A stretch of 64,000 nt of DNA from a bacterium (GCA_021157605.1 JAGGWG010000020.1:1110-65109), one strand, 5' to 3'. Positions 9,978 through 20,186 are shown, counted from the first letter of the stretch. The notes: a model not told the origin generated them from the letters alone. Numbers and translations: made by a program.

Positions 9978-10945
9978 AGCTCCTTAATTAATTTTTTAGC
10001 TTCTGATGTATCTTTCACCTTGCCAAAACGAATCCGCCATTTTTTGCTGCCAAAAAAATTTTTTAAATACCAAAATATATGGGGCCGAAAATAAAACCAG
10101 GCATTTTCCCCGTATAACTCTTGGGCTAAACCAAAATGCTCTTTAATTACCTTTTTGCGCTCTGCTAGTAGCGGCTCTGCTTTTTGCCAGCCCCGACTAT
10201 TCAAAAACCTCTGTGGGTTCTCTTTAATTAAATCTAAGTTTTCAAATATCCAGGGGTTTCCCAAAGCGCCGCGGGCAACTAAAGCGCCATTAGGTTTTGC
10301 TTTTAAAAACAAACGAGCCAAATCCTTTTGGGAAAAAATATCACCAGTGGCTATTAAAGGAATACTTAATTTTTGTTTTACCAAATTAAACAGATTCCAG
10401 TCAGCTCTGCCGCCAAACTTTTGTTTTACTGTGCGCGGATGCAAAATCAAAGCATCAACCCCTATTTTGTTTAACTCTCCAGCCCATTTTAAAATCTCCT
10501 TCTTACTGCTAAAACCTGATCTTGTTTTTAAAGAAAGGGGAAGGGTAGTTTTGCGTCGCACAATATCAAGAAGAGAGAGGAGTTCCTTCACCTCTCTAAG
10601 CAAAAAACCACCCATTTTCTGCTTTAAAACATTTTTAACCGGACAGGCAAAATTAAGATCTATAGCATCTACTTTTATCTCTTTTTCTAAAATTTCAGCT
10701 GCTTCAGCTAAAACCTTCCCTTTTCTACCTATAAGCTGAGCCACAAGCGGCCGCTCCCTTTTTTTAAATTTAAGTTTTAAAAAAATAGGCTTCAGCCGCC
10801 GCACCAACCCCTCAGCCGGTATCATCTCAGTAAAAACAAAATCCGCCCCAAAAGAACGGGCAATCTGGCGAAAACAAGAATCAGTATAAGACTCCATTGG
10901 GCCTAAACCAACTTTTCTCAGAGACCAATCAAACTTAGAGTTCAT
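9959..10945 (-). CDS. dusB: tRNA-dihydrouridine synthase (DusB-like)
   Basis: GPMESYTD, IDLNFACP, ATGDI, ARGALGNPWIF motifs. Confidence 0.9.
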   Translation of the reverse strand: MNSKFDWSLRKVGLGPMESYTDSCFRQIARSFGADFVFTEMIPAEGLVRRLKPIFLKLKFKKRERPLVAQLIGRKGKVLAEAAEILEKEIKVDAIDLNFACPVKNVLKQKMGGFLLREVKELLSLLDIVRRKTTLPLSLKTRSGFSSKKEILKWAGELNKIGVDALILHPRTVKQKFGGRADWNLFNLVKQKLSIPLIATGDIFSQKDLARLFLKAKPNGALVARGALGNPWIFENLDLIKENPQRFLNSRGWQKAEPLLAERKKVIKEHFGLAQELYGENAWFYFRPHIFWYLKNFFGSKKWRIRFGKVKDTSEAKKLIKELCKPES

Positions 10946-12278
10946 CCTTGCGCTTTATTCTGAAACCGCTAGCAGAATCCTCAACAACAAAACCTAAAGA
11001 TTCAATTTTTTTTCTAATTCTATCTGCCTGCACAAACTTTTTGGCATTTCTCAATTTTTCTCTTTGTTTAGCCAGTTGCCAAATCTCATCTGGCACTTTT
11101 TCCGGCTCTAACTTTAAACCAAAAATTGAAGTTAGACTTTTAAACAAAGTTTTGGAAATCTTTTCTCTCTCTTTATCCCATATACTTATTGCCAAAGCAA
11201 AATTAAAATCATCTTCAATAGCCCTCTTTATCTCTCCTAATACTGCTTTATCGTGAGAACTGCTTGCAGGGGCTTTTTCTTTTGCTTCTCTCAAACGGCT
11301 GACGATTTTAGCTAACTCTTGAATTCGGGAACGCTTGAAATCTAAAGGTTTACGATAATGAGTCAAAAGTAGCGACAATCTGATCCAATCAACCGGATAT
11401 TCAGCCAACAGATCTTCTAAAAGAGCAACATTTTGCAAAGACTTAGACATCTTTTTGCCTTCAATCATAACCTGCCCTAGATGAAGATAATATCTTACTG
11501 GCTCATCTCCGCTAAAAGCTAAACCTTGCGCTCTTTCATTTTCATGATGGGGGAAAATTAGATCTACACCACCGCCATGAATATCAATAGGAAAACCTAA
11601 AAGCTCATGGATCATTGTAGAACACTCAATGTGCCACCCCGGATAACCTTTACCCCACGGACTTTCCCACTGCAATAAATGACCTGGCTCAGCCTTAACC
11701 CAAAGGGCAAAATCTCTGGCTTCTTTTTTATCCTCTTTGGCAATAACACGCACCCCTTTTCTTTGTTCTTCAGGCCTCAATCGGCCAGACAAAAACCCAT
11801 AGTCCTTAATTTTTGCCACTGAAAAATAAACCCCTGTTTTGCTTTCATAGGCATAGCCTTTTTTGAGCAATTTTTGAATAAACTTAATCATTTGGGGAAT
11901 AAAATCTGAAGCCCGGGGAGCAAAAGTAGGCCGCAATACATTTAATTTATCCATTGCTTCAAGGTGTTTTTTTTCAAAATAACGCGCAATCTCAAGCGGC
12001 TCTTTGCCTTGTCGTCTTGCTTCTTTGACTATTTTGTCCTCTGGTTCTTCCCCTTCAGTTAAATGACCAACATCAGTAATATTTTGCACCAAAAGAACCC
12101 TCTTTTGGCTAAATTTAAAGTACCGCCGCACTACATCGTAAAAAACCCCTACTCTGCCGTGTCCTAAGTGGTCTAAAGAGTAAACAGTAGGACCGCAAAC
12201 ATACATAGTAATCTGTGTTTTGGACAACGGCCGAAATTTCTGCTTTCTTTTGGTAAGAGTGTTATAAAATTTAAGCAT
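10935..12278 (-). CDS. cysS: Cysteine--tRNA ligase
   Basis: MLKFYNTLT start, CGPTVY, HLGH, PGWHIECS, KMSKS; start moved to the ATG at 12278. Confidence 0.97.
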   Translation of the reverse strand: MLKFYNTLTKRKQKFRPLSKTQITMYVCGPTVYSLDHLGHGRVGVFYDVVRRYFKFSQKRVLLVQNITDVGHLTEGEEPEDKIVKEARRQGKEPLEIARYFEKKHLEAMDKLNVLRPTFAPRASDFIPQMIKFIQKLLKKGYAYESKTGVYFSVAKIKDYGFLSGRLRPEEQRKGVRVIAKEDKKEARDFALWVKAEPGHLLQWESPWGKGYPGWHIECSTMIHELLGFPIDIHGGGVDLIFPHHENERAQGLAFSGDEPVRYYLHLGQVMIEGKKMSKSLQNVALLEDLLAEYPVDWIRLSLLLTHYRKPLDFKRSRIQELAKIVSRLREAKEKAPASSSHDKAVLGEIKRAIEDDFNFALAISIWDKEREKISKTLFKSLTSIFGLKLEPEKVPDEIWQLAKQREKLRNAKKFVQADRIRKKIESLGFVVEDSASGFRIKRKDEL

Positions 12279-12311
12279 TATTAACTGATAATAAAAGGTT
12301 TTAGGCAAATC

Positions 12312-12482
12312 TCAGATTCCCGTATCCCAGATATTCTCCTCATCTTCCAAATCTAAGCTGTCCATCTTGGGCACCTCGGCCTCTTCCTCTACCTGAGCCA
12401 GATAACCCCCACAAACAGGACACTCGGGTAAAGTTTCATCTTTAGTTTCAAAACTGCAGTTTTCACAACGAAATCGCGGCAT
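12312..12482 (-). CDS. Small rubredoxin-like zinc-ribbon protein with acidic tail
   Basis: CENC...CPVCG followed by a D/E-rich C-terminus; ATG at 12482 lies 7 nt downstream of TAAAAT. Confidence 0.7.
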   Translation of the reverse strand: MPRFRCENCSFETKDETLPECPVCGGYLAQVEEEAEVPKMDSLDLEDEENIWDTGI

Positions 12483-12546
12483 AGGTTTTATTTTAGGGTA
12501 CTTTTTCAAAATAAAGGGCTGACTTTTTTTGTCAAGTGGAAAAAAT

Positions 12547-13158
12547 CTAATCGTCGCTTTTGTCTATTGCTTTTCGCCCTTTTAAAGCTTCTCTTAAGGT
12601 GGTTTCATCTGTGTATTCTAAATCTGCTCCAATAGGGAGGCCGGCAGCCAAACGGGAAATTTTTATATTTGGGCTAAGGTTTTTAATCTCTTTGTTAACA
12701 TACATCGCTGTAGCCTCACCCTCAAGAGATGAATCAAAAGCCAAAATTACTTCTTTGGGCTTTTCTTTTTTAATCCTCTGTAAAAGCTCTTTTGTGTGTA
12801 ATTCCTCCTCGTCAGCTAAATATGAAGCAACTAAGCCTCCCAAAACAAAATAAACACCCCTAAACCCCGCTCTCTCTAAAGGCTGAATATGTAGGGGGGT
12901 TTCTACTACAGCAATAATATCTTGGCGACGTTTTTTATCCCGGCAAATCAGACATTCACCCCCATCAGAAAGGTTAAAACAGCGCGGACACTCTTTTAGC
13001 TCTCCAACACCTTTAAGCGCAGCAATAAACTCCTCCAGTTCAGAGGGGTCCATTTTAAAAATAAAGTTAGCCAGCCGTTCAGCTGTTTTCTCCCCAATCT
13101 GGGGCAGTTTTTTCAGTTTAGATATTAAAAAGCGGAATTTTTTAGGATAAAAAGCCAT
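12547..13158 (-). CDS. recR: Recombination mediator RecR
   Basis: LPQIGEKTAERLA HhH, C4 zinc finger, Toprim (YFVLGG, EGEATA), LPIGADLEY. Confidence 0.96.
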   Translation of the reverse strand: MAFYPKKFRFLISKLKKLPQIGEKTAERLANFIFKMDPSELEEFIAALKGVGELKECPRCFNLSDGGECLICRDKKRRQDIIAVVETPLHIQPLERAGFRGVYFVLGGLVASYLADEEELHTKELLQRIKKEKPKEVILAFDSSLEGEATAMYVNKEIKNLSPNIKISRLAAGLPIGADLEYTDETTLREALKGRKAIDKSDD

Positions 13159-13163
13159 AGTCT

Positions 13164-15200
13164 TTATTTAATCTTGTCTTTCTTGTTCTTTTTAGATTCA
13201 TAAAAAGGCAAAATCAAACGGCATTTAGGATAGTTGGCACAACCCAAAAAATAACCAAATCTGCTTTTTCGCAAAACAAGCTTTCCGCCGCATTCCGGAC
13301 ACTTAGGATGCTCTCGGCGGAGTTCTTTTAATCTCTTTTTTTCTTTAGCGCTTAACTCCTGCTCTAAATTGTCTTGATTATTTAAAGACTCTTTATAATT
13401 ACACTTCGGGAAATTGCGGCAACTAATGAATTTGCCAAAACGACCAAATTTAACCACTAATTCACCACCACATTTAGGACATTTTCTTTTTAAAACCTCA
13501 ACTTCAGTTTCCTTTGTCTTTTTAATCTGCGCATCCTTTTCTTTCAGCAGTTTTTCTAAAGGACCATAAAACTCTGCTACTACCTTGCTCCACTCTCTCT
13601 TGCCAAGAGCAATCTCGTCCAGCTCTTTCTCCATTTCAGCAGTAAATTGATAATCAACAAGATGAGGAAAATGTTTGAGCAAAAATTCTGTTACTTTTTC
13701 ACCCAAATCAGTAGGAAAAAGATAGCGTTTTTTCCGTTCAATATAGTGGCGCTTGTAAAGAATATCTATAATCGGCGCATAGGTAGAAGGCCGACCAATG
13801 CCTAAATCCTTGAGCTTTTTCACTAAGCTGGCTTCAGTATAGCGAGCTTTAGGTTTAGTTTGAAAAGCCAAAACCTGCAAATCCAGGGGCTTGAGTTTTT
13901 CTCCCTCTGTTAAATTAGGAATAATAGAGGTCGACATCCAATAAGGATAAATTTTTAAAAAACTTTCAAAAACCTGCTTTAGGCCTTTGGCTAAAAACAC
14001 ATAATCCTTATCTGCCTGAGCTAAAAGATAAATAGTATTTTCTTTAAACTCTGCTGGCTTCATCTGTGAAGCAACTGTCCGCCAAAAAATAAGCTCATAA
14101 AGACGCAACTGATCTTTTTCTAAAAAAGGTTTAACCTTGTCCGGAGAAAGCCCGATATCAGTCGGTCTGATAGCTTCATGTGCTTCCTGCGCATTTTTAG
14201 GAGCTTTATACTTTTTAATTGATTTAGACAAAAATTTAGAGCCAAACTTATTTTGCACAAAAGCTCTAATTTTCTCTACTGCTTCTTGAGCTAAAGTGGG
14301 AGAATCAGTACGCATATAAGTAATAAGACCAATCCTTTTTCCTGAAATCTCTACACCCTCATAAAGTTGTTGAGCTAAAAACATCGTCTTTTTGGCAGTA
14401 AAACCCAAACGTTGAAAAGCATCCTGCTGTAAAGTAGCGGTAATAAAAGGTGCTGGCGGAGAAACAAACTTGCTGCGGGAAATGATTTTTTGTACCTGAA
14501 ACTCTCTATTCTTAAGCTTTTCTTTTATCTTTTCCACTTCTTTTTTGTTCTTAAAATAAAACTTATCCAAAACTTTTTTACCTATCTGGTGCAAGCGAGC
14601 GCTAAATTGAGAACCTTTTTTAAAATCTGCCTGCAGGACAAAATAATCTTTTGGCTGAAACTCTTTAATCTCTTTTTCCCTTTCAACCAGCAAACGCAAA
14701 GCTGCAGACTGGACACGACCAGCAGACAAACCCCTAAGAATCTTGCGCCATAAAAAAGGAGAGAGCTTATAACCAAAAAGACGATCAATAATGCGGCGAG
14801 CTTTCTGCGCTCCCACTAAATCTTCTAAAATCTGGCGCGGCTTTTTTAATGACTCTTTTATTGCCCTTGGAGTAATCTCATGAAAGGTAATACGCTTAGG
14901 ATCTTTAAGTTTCAAAATTTCCTGCAAATGCCAAGCAATAGCTTCCCCTTCTCTGTCAAAATCAGTAGCCAAATAAACCTCTGCGTCCTTAACTGCTTTT
15001 CTAAGCTGACTGATAACTGCCTTTTTCTGAGGCAAAATCCTATACTGAGGAGCAAAATTCTTTTTTATCTCTACTCCAAGCTTAGAACGGGGCAAATCTC
15101 TGATATGCCCATAAGAGGAAAGGACAGAAAAATCCTTTAAAAAACGGGAGATAGTCCGGGCTTTTGCTGGAGACTCAACAATAATAACTTTTTGTTTCAT
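13164..15200 (-). CDS. topA: DNA topoisomerase I
   Basis: IVESPAKA, ATDFDREGEAI, SAGRVQS, ITYMRTDS; C-terminal zinc ribbons. Confidence 0.98.
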   Translation of the reverse strand: MKQKVIIVESPAKARTISRFLKDFSVLSSYGHIRDLPRSKLGVEIKKNFAPQYRILPQKKAVISQLRKAVKDAEVYLATDFDREGEAIAWHLQEILKLKDPKRITFHEITPRAIKESLKKPRQILEDLVGAQKARRIIDRLFGYKLSPFLWRKILRGLSAGRVQSAALRLLVEREKEIKEFQPKDYFVLQADFKKGSQFSARLHQIGKKVLDKFYFKNKKEVEKIKEKLKNREFQVQKIISRSKFVSPPAPFITATLQQDAFQRLGFTAKKTMFLAQQLYEGVEISGKRIGLITYMRTDSPTLAQEAVEKIRAFVQNKFGSKFLSKSIKKYKAPKNAQEAHEAIRPTDIGLSPDKVKPFLEKDQLRLYELIFWRTVASQMKPAEFKENTIYLLAQADKDYVFLAKGLKQVFESFLKIYPYWMSTSIIPNLTEGEKLKPLDLQVLAFQTKPKARYTEASLVKKLKDLGIGRPSTYAPIIDILYKRHYIERKKRYLFPTDLGEKVTEFLLKHFPHLVDYQFTAEMEKELDEIALGKREWSKVVAEFYGPLEKLLKEKDAQIKKTKETEVEVLKRKCPKCGGELVVKFGRFGKFISCRNFPKCNYKESLNNQDNLEQELSAKEKKRLKELRREHPKCPECGGKLVLRKSRFGYFLGCANYPKCRLILPFYESKKNKKDKIK

Positions 15201-16219
15201 AAAGCTTGATAAAATCCTGAGCCAAGATTTTTTATTTTACCTTTGACCTCTAACTCACTCAGTTTAGCCAAGGTTTTTGAAGCACTCAAGCCAAGATGTT
15301 TTTGAACCTCCTCTATATATCTGGGCTGAGACAAAAACAAAAGCAGAGAATCTGACTTTTTGTTCTTTGTTTTGGGCCAAAAACTAATAAACTCCTCCTC
15401 AATATCTTTAGCCTCAAAAACAGGTTTGGCACCTTGCCTCATTAAAGTAAAGCAACCCTTGCTTGTCAAGCGGAATATATTAGCCGGAACCGCCATAACC
15501 TCCCTGCCATAACGAGCCGCATAACTGGCAGTACTCAATGACCCAGATTTTTCTCCAGCCTCAACTACTACTGTAGCTAAGCTTAAACCGGCAATAATAC
15601 GATTGCGGGCTAAAAAATAGTATCTCTCTGGCTTAAATCGCGGCGGATACTCACTAATGACCGCTCCGCCGCTTCTTACTATTTTTTCCGCCAGCCCCTG
15701 GTTAAGAGAAGGATAAAGAGCTAAAAAACCAGAACCCAAAACCGCCACTGTTTTATGGTCTGACTCTAAAGCTGCTTGATGAGCAAAGCTGTCAATACCC
15801 ACAGCTAAGCCAGAAACAATCACCCAAGGACAGACAAGATTAAAAATTAAATTAAAAACAGCTTTCTTGCCGTACAAAGTCGCCCGTCTTGCTCCTACAA
15901 AAGACAAAGAACGCTGACTTAAACTTTTACTTTTGCCCCAAACAAAAAGATAAACCGGGGGATCAGCAATCTCTTTTAAAATTTGGGGGTAATTTTTTTG
16001 GTCTAGACGCAAAAGATTAAACTCTTTTGCTTCTTTAAACTCTTTTTCTAAAGCCGAGAGATTTAAACTTTCTAAACGTTTATAAAAACTGCGGCTCACA
16101 CCCTTGAGAGGTCTGGGATTTTTAAGATAGCGAGAATTCAGAGCTTGGGCAGACTTAAGAGCTAAAAAATCCTTTTGGGAAGGCAAAGCATTAGCTAAAC
16201 AAAAATCAACAAAACGCAT
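15197..16219 (-). CDS. dprA: DNA-processing protein DprA
   Basis: VSGLAVGIDSFAH, RNRIIAGLS, VVEAGEKSGS; conserved dprA-topA pairing. Confidence 0.95.
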   Translation of the reverse strand: MRFVDFCLANALPSQKDFLALKSAQALNSRYLKNPRPLKGVSRSFYKRLESLNLSALEKEFKEAKEFNLLRLDQKNYPQILKEIADPPVYLFVWGKSKSLSQRSLSFVGARRATLYGKKAVFNLIFNLVCPWVIVSGLAVGIDSFAHQAALESDHKTVAVLGSGFLALYPSLNQGLAEKIVRSGGAVISEYPPRFKPERYYFLARNRIIAGLSLATVVVEAGEKSGSLSTASYAARYGREVMAVPANIFRLTSKGCFTLMRQGAKPVFEAKDIEEEFISFWPKTKNKKSDSLLLFLSQPRYIEEVQKHLGLSASKTLAKLSELEVKGKIKNLGSGFYQAL

Positions 16220-16264
16220 TAATTAAAAGATAGTGGCAAAATTTTTTAGAATCAACAAAAAATT

Positions 16265-18517
16265 TTAATCTTTTTGTTTTATTTTCTCCCAAGCTTGAGA
16301 AACCATTTCACTAAAAAGATAAGCCCCTACTTGGTTTATGATTCCATGCTGGCGTTTGCCAAATATCTCTCCCTCTCCCCTTTTCTCCAAATCCCTCAAA
16401 GAGATTTTATAAAACGCTTGCGGCTCTTTTATCAGCGAGAGAAAATCTACTAACCTTTCATAAGAACTATCGGGCAATTTTTTAGGCACAGCCACCCAAA
16501 AATAAGAAACTTGGCCAGCACGACCAATACGCCCTCGCAACTGATAAAGATCTCCTATACCCAACCTGGAGCCATACCAGAGAATCATTGTCTGCGCTCC
16601 GGAAATATCTAAACCATGCTCTACAATAGCAGTAGCCACCAACACATCTACTTTTCGCAAAGAAAAACGGCTTAAAGCCTGAGCCAGCTTATCCTTAGGC
16701 ATCCGGCCGTGAGCCACAGCCACCTCAAACCCCATGAATTTAAGTTTTGAAGATATGTTTAAAACATCTTTAATTAAAGGAGCCACAAAATAAACGCCTT
16801 TTTTCTTCTTGGCTGCCCTCTTAATTACTTTTTCAATCCGGGACCAATCACTTTGGGAAAGAACCCTGTCTTTGATTTTTCTTTCAACCCACCCTTCTAA
16901 AACAGACATTGTTTTGATTTTAGAAAGAGAAAGATAAAGGGTGCGAGGTATGGGGGTAGCGGTTAAGGAAAGAACACTTAGGGAAGGATTTTTAAGACGC
17001 CACTTTTCTTTTTGTTTCACACCAAAACGCTGTTCCTCATCAATAACTGCCAAACCTAAATTTTCAGCTTCTAAAGAAGCGAACAAAAGCTTGTGGGTGC
17101 CAATAAGCAAATCAATCTTTCCTTCATTAAACTTCTTTATTATTTCCTGATTCTTCTTTTCTTTTTGCAGACTGCAAACCAAGGCGACCCTAACGGGCAG
17201 GTTTTGCAAACGCTCTTTAAAAACCAAATACTGCTGTTGAGCCAAAATAGTAGTGGGAGCTAAAAAAACAACCTGCTTATCAGGTAAAAATAAAGAAGCT
17301 ACCCGCAACGCCACCTCAGTTTTGCCTGAACCTGCTGGACCGATCAAAAGATGGTCAAAAGGCCTCTTCTGAAATAACAAGTTTTGAATTTCCTGCAAAG
17401 CCTTTTTTTGGGCAGGGGTCAAACTAAAAGGACAGGTTTTTTCCAGATGCTTTAAAAAAAATTGTCCAAATCTTTTGATCTCTATTTTCTGCCTTTTTAA
17501 ACTTTTATAAAGGGCAAAAAGCTTTTTAGCCAGTTTTTCTGCTTCTGCCTCTGCCAATATTTTTGTTTTTTCCCACCCACTTTTGCCAAGAGAGGAAAGA
17601 TGAGGCTTAAGACCAATATATTTAGTCAGCCGTCTTTTTTCTTTTAAGGGAACATACAAATAAGCATTATTTTGAAAACGCAAGTGATAGTAAAATTCTC
17701 TTCTCTCCGCTTGAGGCAGGACTTGCTCATCTAAACTCAAAGGCAGTTGTTTAGGACCAATACCCTCTAGTTTAGCAATTCCGTGATCAATATGGACTAC
17801 ATAATCGCCAACAGAAAAATCAGTTATGCTCTTAAAACGACGAATTTTAATCTTTTTTTGAAAATCTTTGTCAGTAAAAAAATGCCAGCGGCCCAAACTA
17901 AAACCAGAAAAATCCAAAGGAGGTAAAAAATATATTTTTGCCTTTTTAGCCAAAGCCTTCAAAGCTAATTCATAACGGGAAAAGAGAACCACTCGTTGTT
18001 GAGAAGAATGCGCCAAACGGATTACTTCTTTGAAAGTTGAATAGGAATGGGGCTTACATAAAATTAAAGATTCTGAATGTTTAAGTTCAGAAAACTTTAT
18101 GGGATAAACAAAAAGGGAATCAACTATCTCAAGAGATTTTTGGCTGCGTTGGTCAAAAAAATAGATCCTCTCAAGAGTCTGGTCAAAAAACTCTAAACGC
18201 ACGGGATACAAAGAAACATTATCCCAAAAATCAACCACCTCTCCTCTAAAAGAAAATTGCCCTTTTTCATAAACTAGGGGGGATTCAACAAAACCCAAAG
18301 CAGAAAATTTCTGGCGCAAAACTCTCTGGGAATAATCTTTGCCTTGCCTCAGCCAAATACCCTCCCCTCTCTCTTTGGCCGATATGTGTCGCACAATATA
18401 TAGAAAAAGCTCTGGAGCTTGAGGAACCTCTCCTTTTTTTAAAAAAGAGAGAGTGCGCTGAACTTCGGGTTCAGCAGCGAACCCTGTTATTATTTTTTCT
18501 AACGGCCGCATTTCCAT
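16265..18517 (-). CDS. mfd: Transcription-repair coupling factor, shortened
   Basis: UvrB-like segment (GQFSFRGEVVD), RID (GDYVVHIDHGI), SF2 motifs (GSGKTEVA, DEEQRFG, TATPIPRT, QLRGRIGR). Confidence 0.9.
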   Translation of the reverse strand: MEMRPLEKIITGFAAEPEVQRTLSFLKKGEVPQAPELFLYIVRHISAKERGEGIWLRQGKDYSQRVLRQKFSALGFVESPLVYEKGQFSFRGEVVDFWDNVSLYPVRLEFFDQTLERIYFFDQRSQKSLEIVDSLFVYPIKFSELKHSESLILCKPHSYSTFKEVIRLAHSSQQRVVLFSRYELALKALAKKAKIYFLPPLDFSGFSLGRWHFFTDKDFQKKIKIRRFKSITDFSVGDYVVHIDHGIAKLEGIGPKQLPLSLDEQVLPQAERREFYYHLRFQNNAYLYVPLKEKRRLTKYIGLKPHLSSLGKSGWEKTKILAEAEAEKLAKKLFALYKSLKRQKIEIKRFGQFFLKHLEKTCPFSLTPAQKKALQEIQNLLFQKRPFDHLLIGPAGSGKTEVALRVASLFLPDKQVVFLAPTTILAQQQYLVFKERLQNLPVRVALVCSLQKEKKNQEIIKKFNEGKIDLLIGTHKLLFASLEAENLGLAVIDEEQRFGVKQKEKWRLKNPSLSVLSLTATPIPRTLYLSLSKIKTMSVLEGWVERKIKDRVLSQSDWSRIEKVIKRAAKKKKGVYFVAPLIKDVLNISSKLKFMGFEVAVAHGRMPKDKLAQALSRFSLRKVDVLVATAIVEHGLDISGAQTMILWYGSRLGIGDLYQLRGRIGRAGQVSYFWVAVPKKLPDSSYERLVDFLSLIKEPQAFYKISLRDLEKRGEGEIFGKRQHGIINQVGAYLFSEMVSQAWEKIKQKD

Positions 18518-18564
18518 GTAGCTTTTATGTGGAGTTCAAAATATTATCTCCTCTTGTTTACACC

Positions 18565-18993
18565 TTATATCTCTTCTGTCTCTATACCCATACTTTTAGC
18601 TGTACCTACCACTATCTTCATCGCTGCTTCTAAATCATTAGTATTAAGATCAGGCATCTTTATTTTAGCTATTTCCTCAATCTGCTGGCGAGTTAATCTG
18701 CCTACTTTTTTCTTATTAGGTTCACCCGAACCTTTGGCAATATTAAGAGTTTTTTTAATTAATTCTGAAACAGGCGGTGTCTTTACTACCAAATCAAATG
18801 TTCTGTCTTTATAAACCACTACCTCAGCTGTCACCTTCATACCTTTGTTTTCTTGAGTAAGCTGATTAAACTTATTGCAAAACTCAACAATATTCACTCC
18901 GTACTGGCCCAAAGCCGGACCCAAAGGAGGTGCAGGAGTAGCTTCGCCTGCTTTAGCCTGAATTTTAAACTTTACTTCTATCTCTTTTGCCAT
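18565..18993 (-). CDS. rplK: 50S ribosomal protein L11
   Basis: [28 protein letters not shown]. Confidence 0.98.
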   Translation of the reverse strand: MAKEIEVKFKIQAKAGEATPAPPLGPALGQYGVNIVEFCNKFNQLTQENKGMKVTAEVVVYKDRTFDLVVKTPPVSELIKKTLNIAKGSGEPNKKKVGRLTRQQIEEIAKIKMPDLNTNDLEAAMKIVVGTAKSMGIETEEI

Positions 18994-19007
18994 AACTTAT
19001 TATTATT

Positions 19008-19613
19008 TTAGATTTTGCGCGCTTGGTTAAACTCCACCTCAACAGGAGTCTCCCGACCAAACATATTTACCAAAACCTTAAGTTTACCTTTGGATTCATC
19101 TACTTCCTCTACTACCCCTTCAAAATCCTTAAATGTACCCCGAGTAATGCGGACATGTTCTCCTGCCTTAAAATCAGCCGCATAAACAGGCTCCTGTCTT
19201 TTAATCCGACCAAAAATTTCATTTAGTTCTTTGGGGTTGATTGGCGAGGGACGTGTGCCAAAACCTAAAAACCCAGTCACGCCGGGGGTGTTACGCACCA
19301 CATACCAAGAAGCATTATCCACTATCATCTCTACCAAAACATAACCCGGGTAAATATGCTTTTTTATTACTTTTTTCTCCCCTCCTTTAAGCTCTATCTG
19401 TTTCTCCTTAGGAGCAATGACTTGAAAAATTTTGTCTTCCATACCGAAAGATTTGACCCGTTGTTTAAGCTGCTTCACCACCCGATCCTCATAACCAGAA
19501 TTGGCATGAATCACATACCACCGCGCCTTAGGATGGGAAGAAAGCTTAAATCCTTGTTTGCGCTTAGAGTCTATCTTTTTTTTCTTGCTTTTTTTCTTTT
19601 CTGCTTTTGCCAT
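19008..19613 (-). CDS. nusG: Transcription termination/antitermination factor NusG
   Basis: WYVIH, PGYVLVEM, VRNTPGVTGF, KOW domain, FGRETPVE. Confidence 0.97.
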   Translation of the reverse strand: MAKAEKKKSKKKKIDSKRKQGFKLSSHPKARWYVIHANSGYEDRVVKQLKQRVKSFGMEDKIFQVIAPKEKQIELKGGEKKVIKKHIYPGYVLVEMIVDNASWYVVRNTPGVTGFLGFGTRPSPINPKELNEIFGRIKRQEPVYAADFKAGEHVRITRGTFKDFEGVVEEVDESKGKLKVLVNMFGRETPVEVEFNQARKI

Positions 19614-19623
19614 AGCTTTTATT

Positions 19624-19815
19624 TTATTTTAAAGCCACATACCAATTTATTAACTTGGCTAACACATAGTCAATACCAGCTACAACTAAAATGGAAATCA
19701 AAATAGCAATAATAACAATAACAGCGTTATAAACCACTACCTCTCTTTTTGGCCACTGGATCTGTTTTGTCTCCCTAACTACCCCTTGAAAAAAATCTCT
19801 TATTTTAGCCAACAT
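19624..19815 (-). CDS. secE: Preprotein translocase subunit SecE
   Basis: ETKQIQWPKREV plus one TM helix, upstream of nusG. Confidence 0.92.
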   Translation of the reverse strand: MLAKIRDFFQGVVRETKQIQWPKREVVVYNAVIVIIAILISILVVAGIDYVLAKLINWYVALK

Positions 19816-19820
19816 AATCT

Positions 19821-20186
19821 TTATTTACCTTGTTTTATACTCTCCACTCTGACTAAAGAATAAAGAGTACGAACCCCCTTTTTGCGGTGATAGCCTGTTT
19901 TTGGCTTGTATTTAAAGGCTATCTTTTTTTCTCCCTTTAGTTCTGACTCTACTACCTTAAGATGACAAACATAACTCCTGACTTCTGGTTTTCCTATTAA
20001 AACCTTATTGCCGTCAACAACCAAATAAGGCTTGATTTTAAGGCTTTTCTTGCCCTTAAGATAATCAACCAAAAACTCCTCCCCTTCTTTTATTAAAAAC
20101 TGCTGCCCAGACAAAAAAATCACCGCCACCTTCAGCTTTTTCTTTTGGGATTGAGAAGTTTTGTTTTGAGTTTTTGTCTTTGCCAT
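19821..20186 (-). CDS. rplU: 50S ribosomal protein L21
   Basis: AVIFLSGQQFLIKEG, IGKP, KGEK...FKYKPKTGYHRKKG. Confidence 0.9.
   Translation of the reverse strand: MAKTKTQNKTSQSQKKKLKVAVIFLSGQQFLIKEGEEFLVDYLKGKKSLKIKPYLVVDGNKVLIGKPEVRSYVCHLKVVESELKGEKKIAFKYKPKTGYHRKKGVRTLYSLVRVESIKQGK

Noticed and set aside
18518-18564. L1-binding leader remnant after rplK
   Set aside because: GGAG...CTCC pairing is too short and does not match the L1-site pattern.
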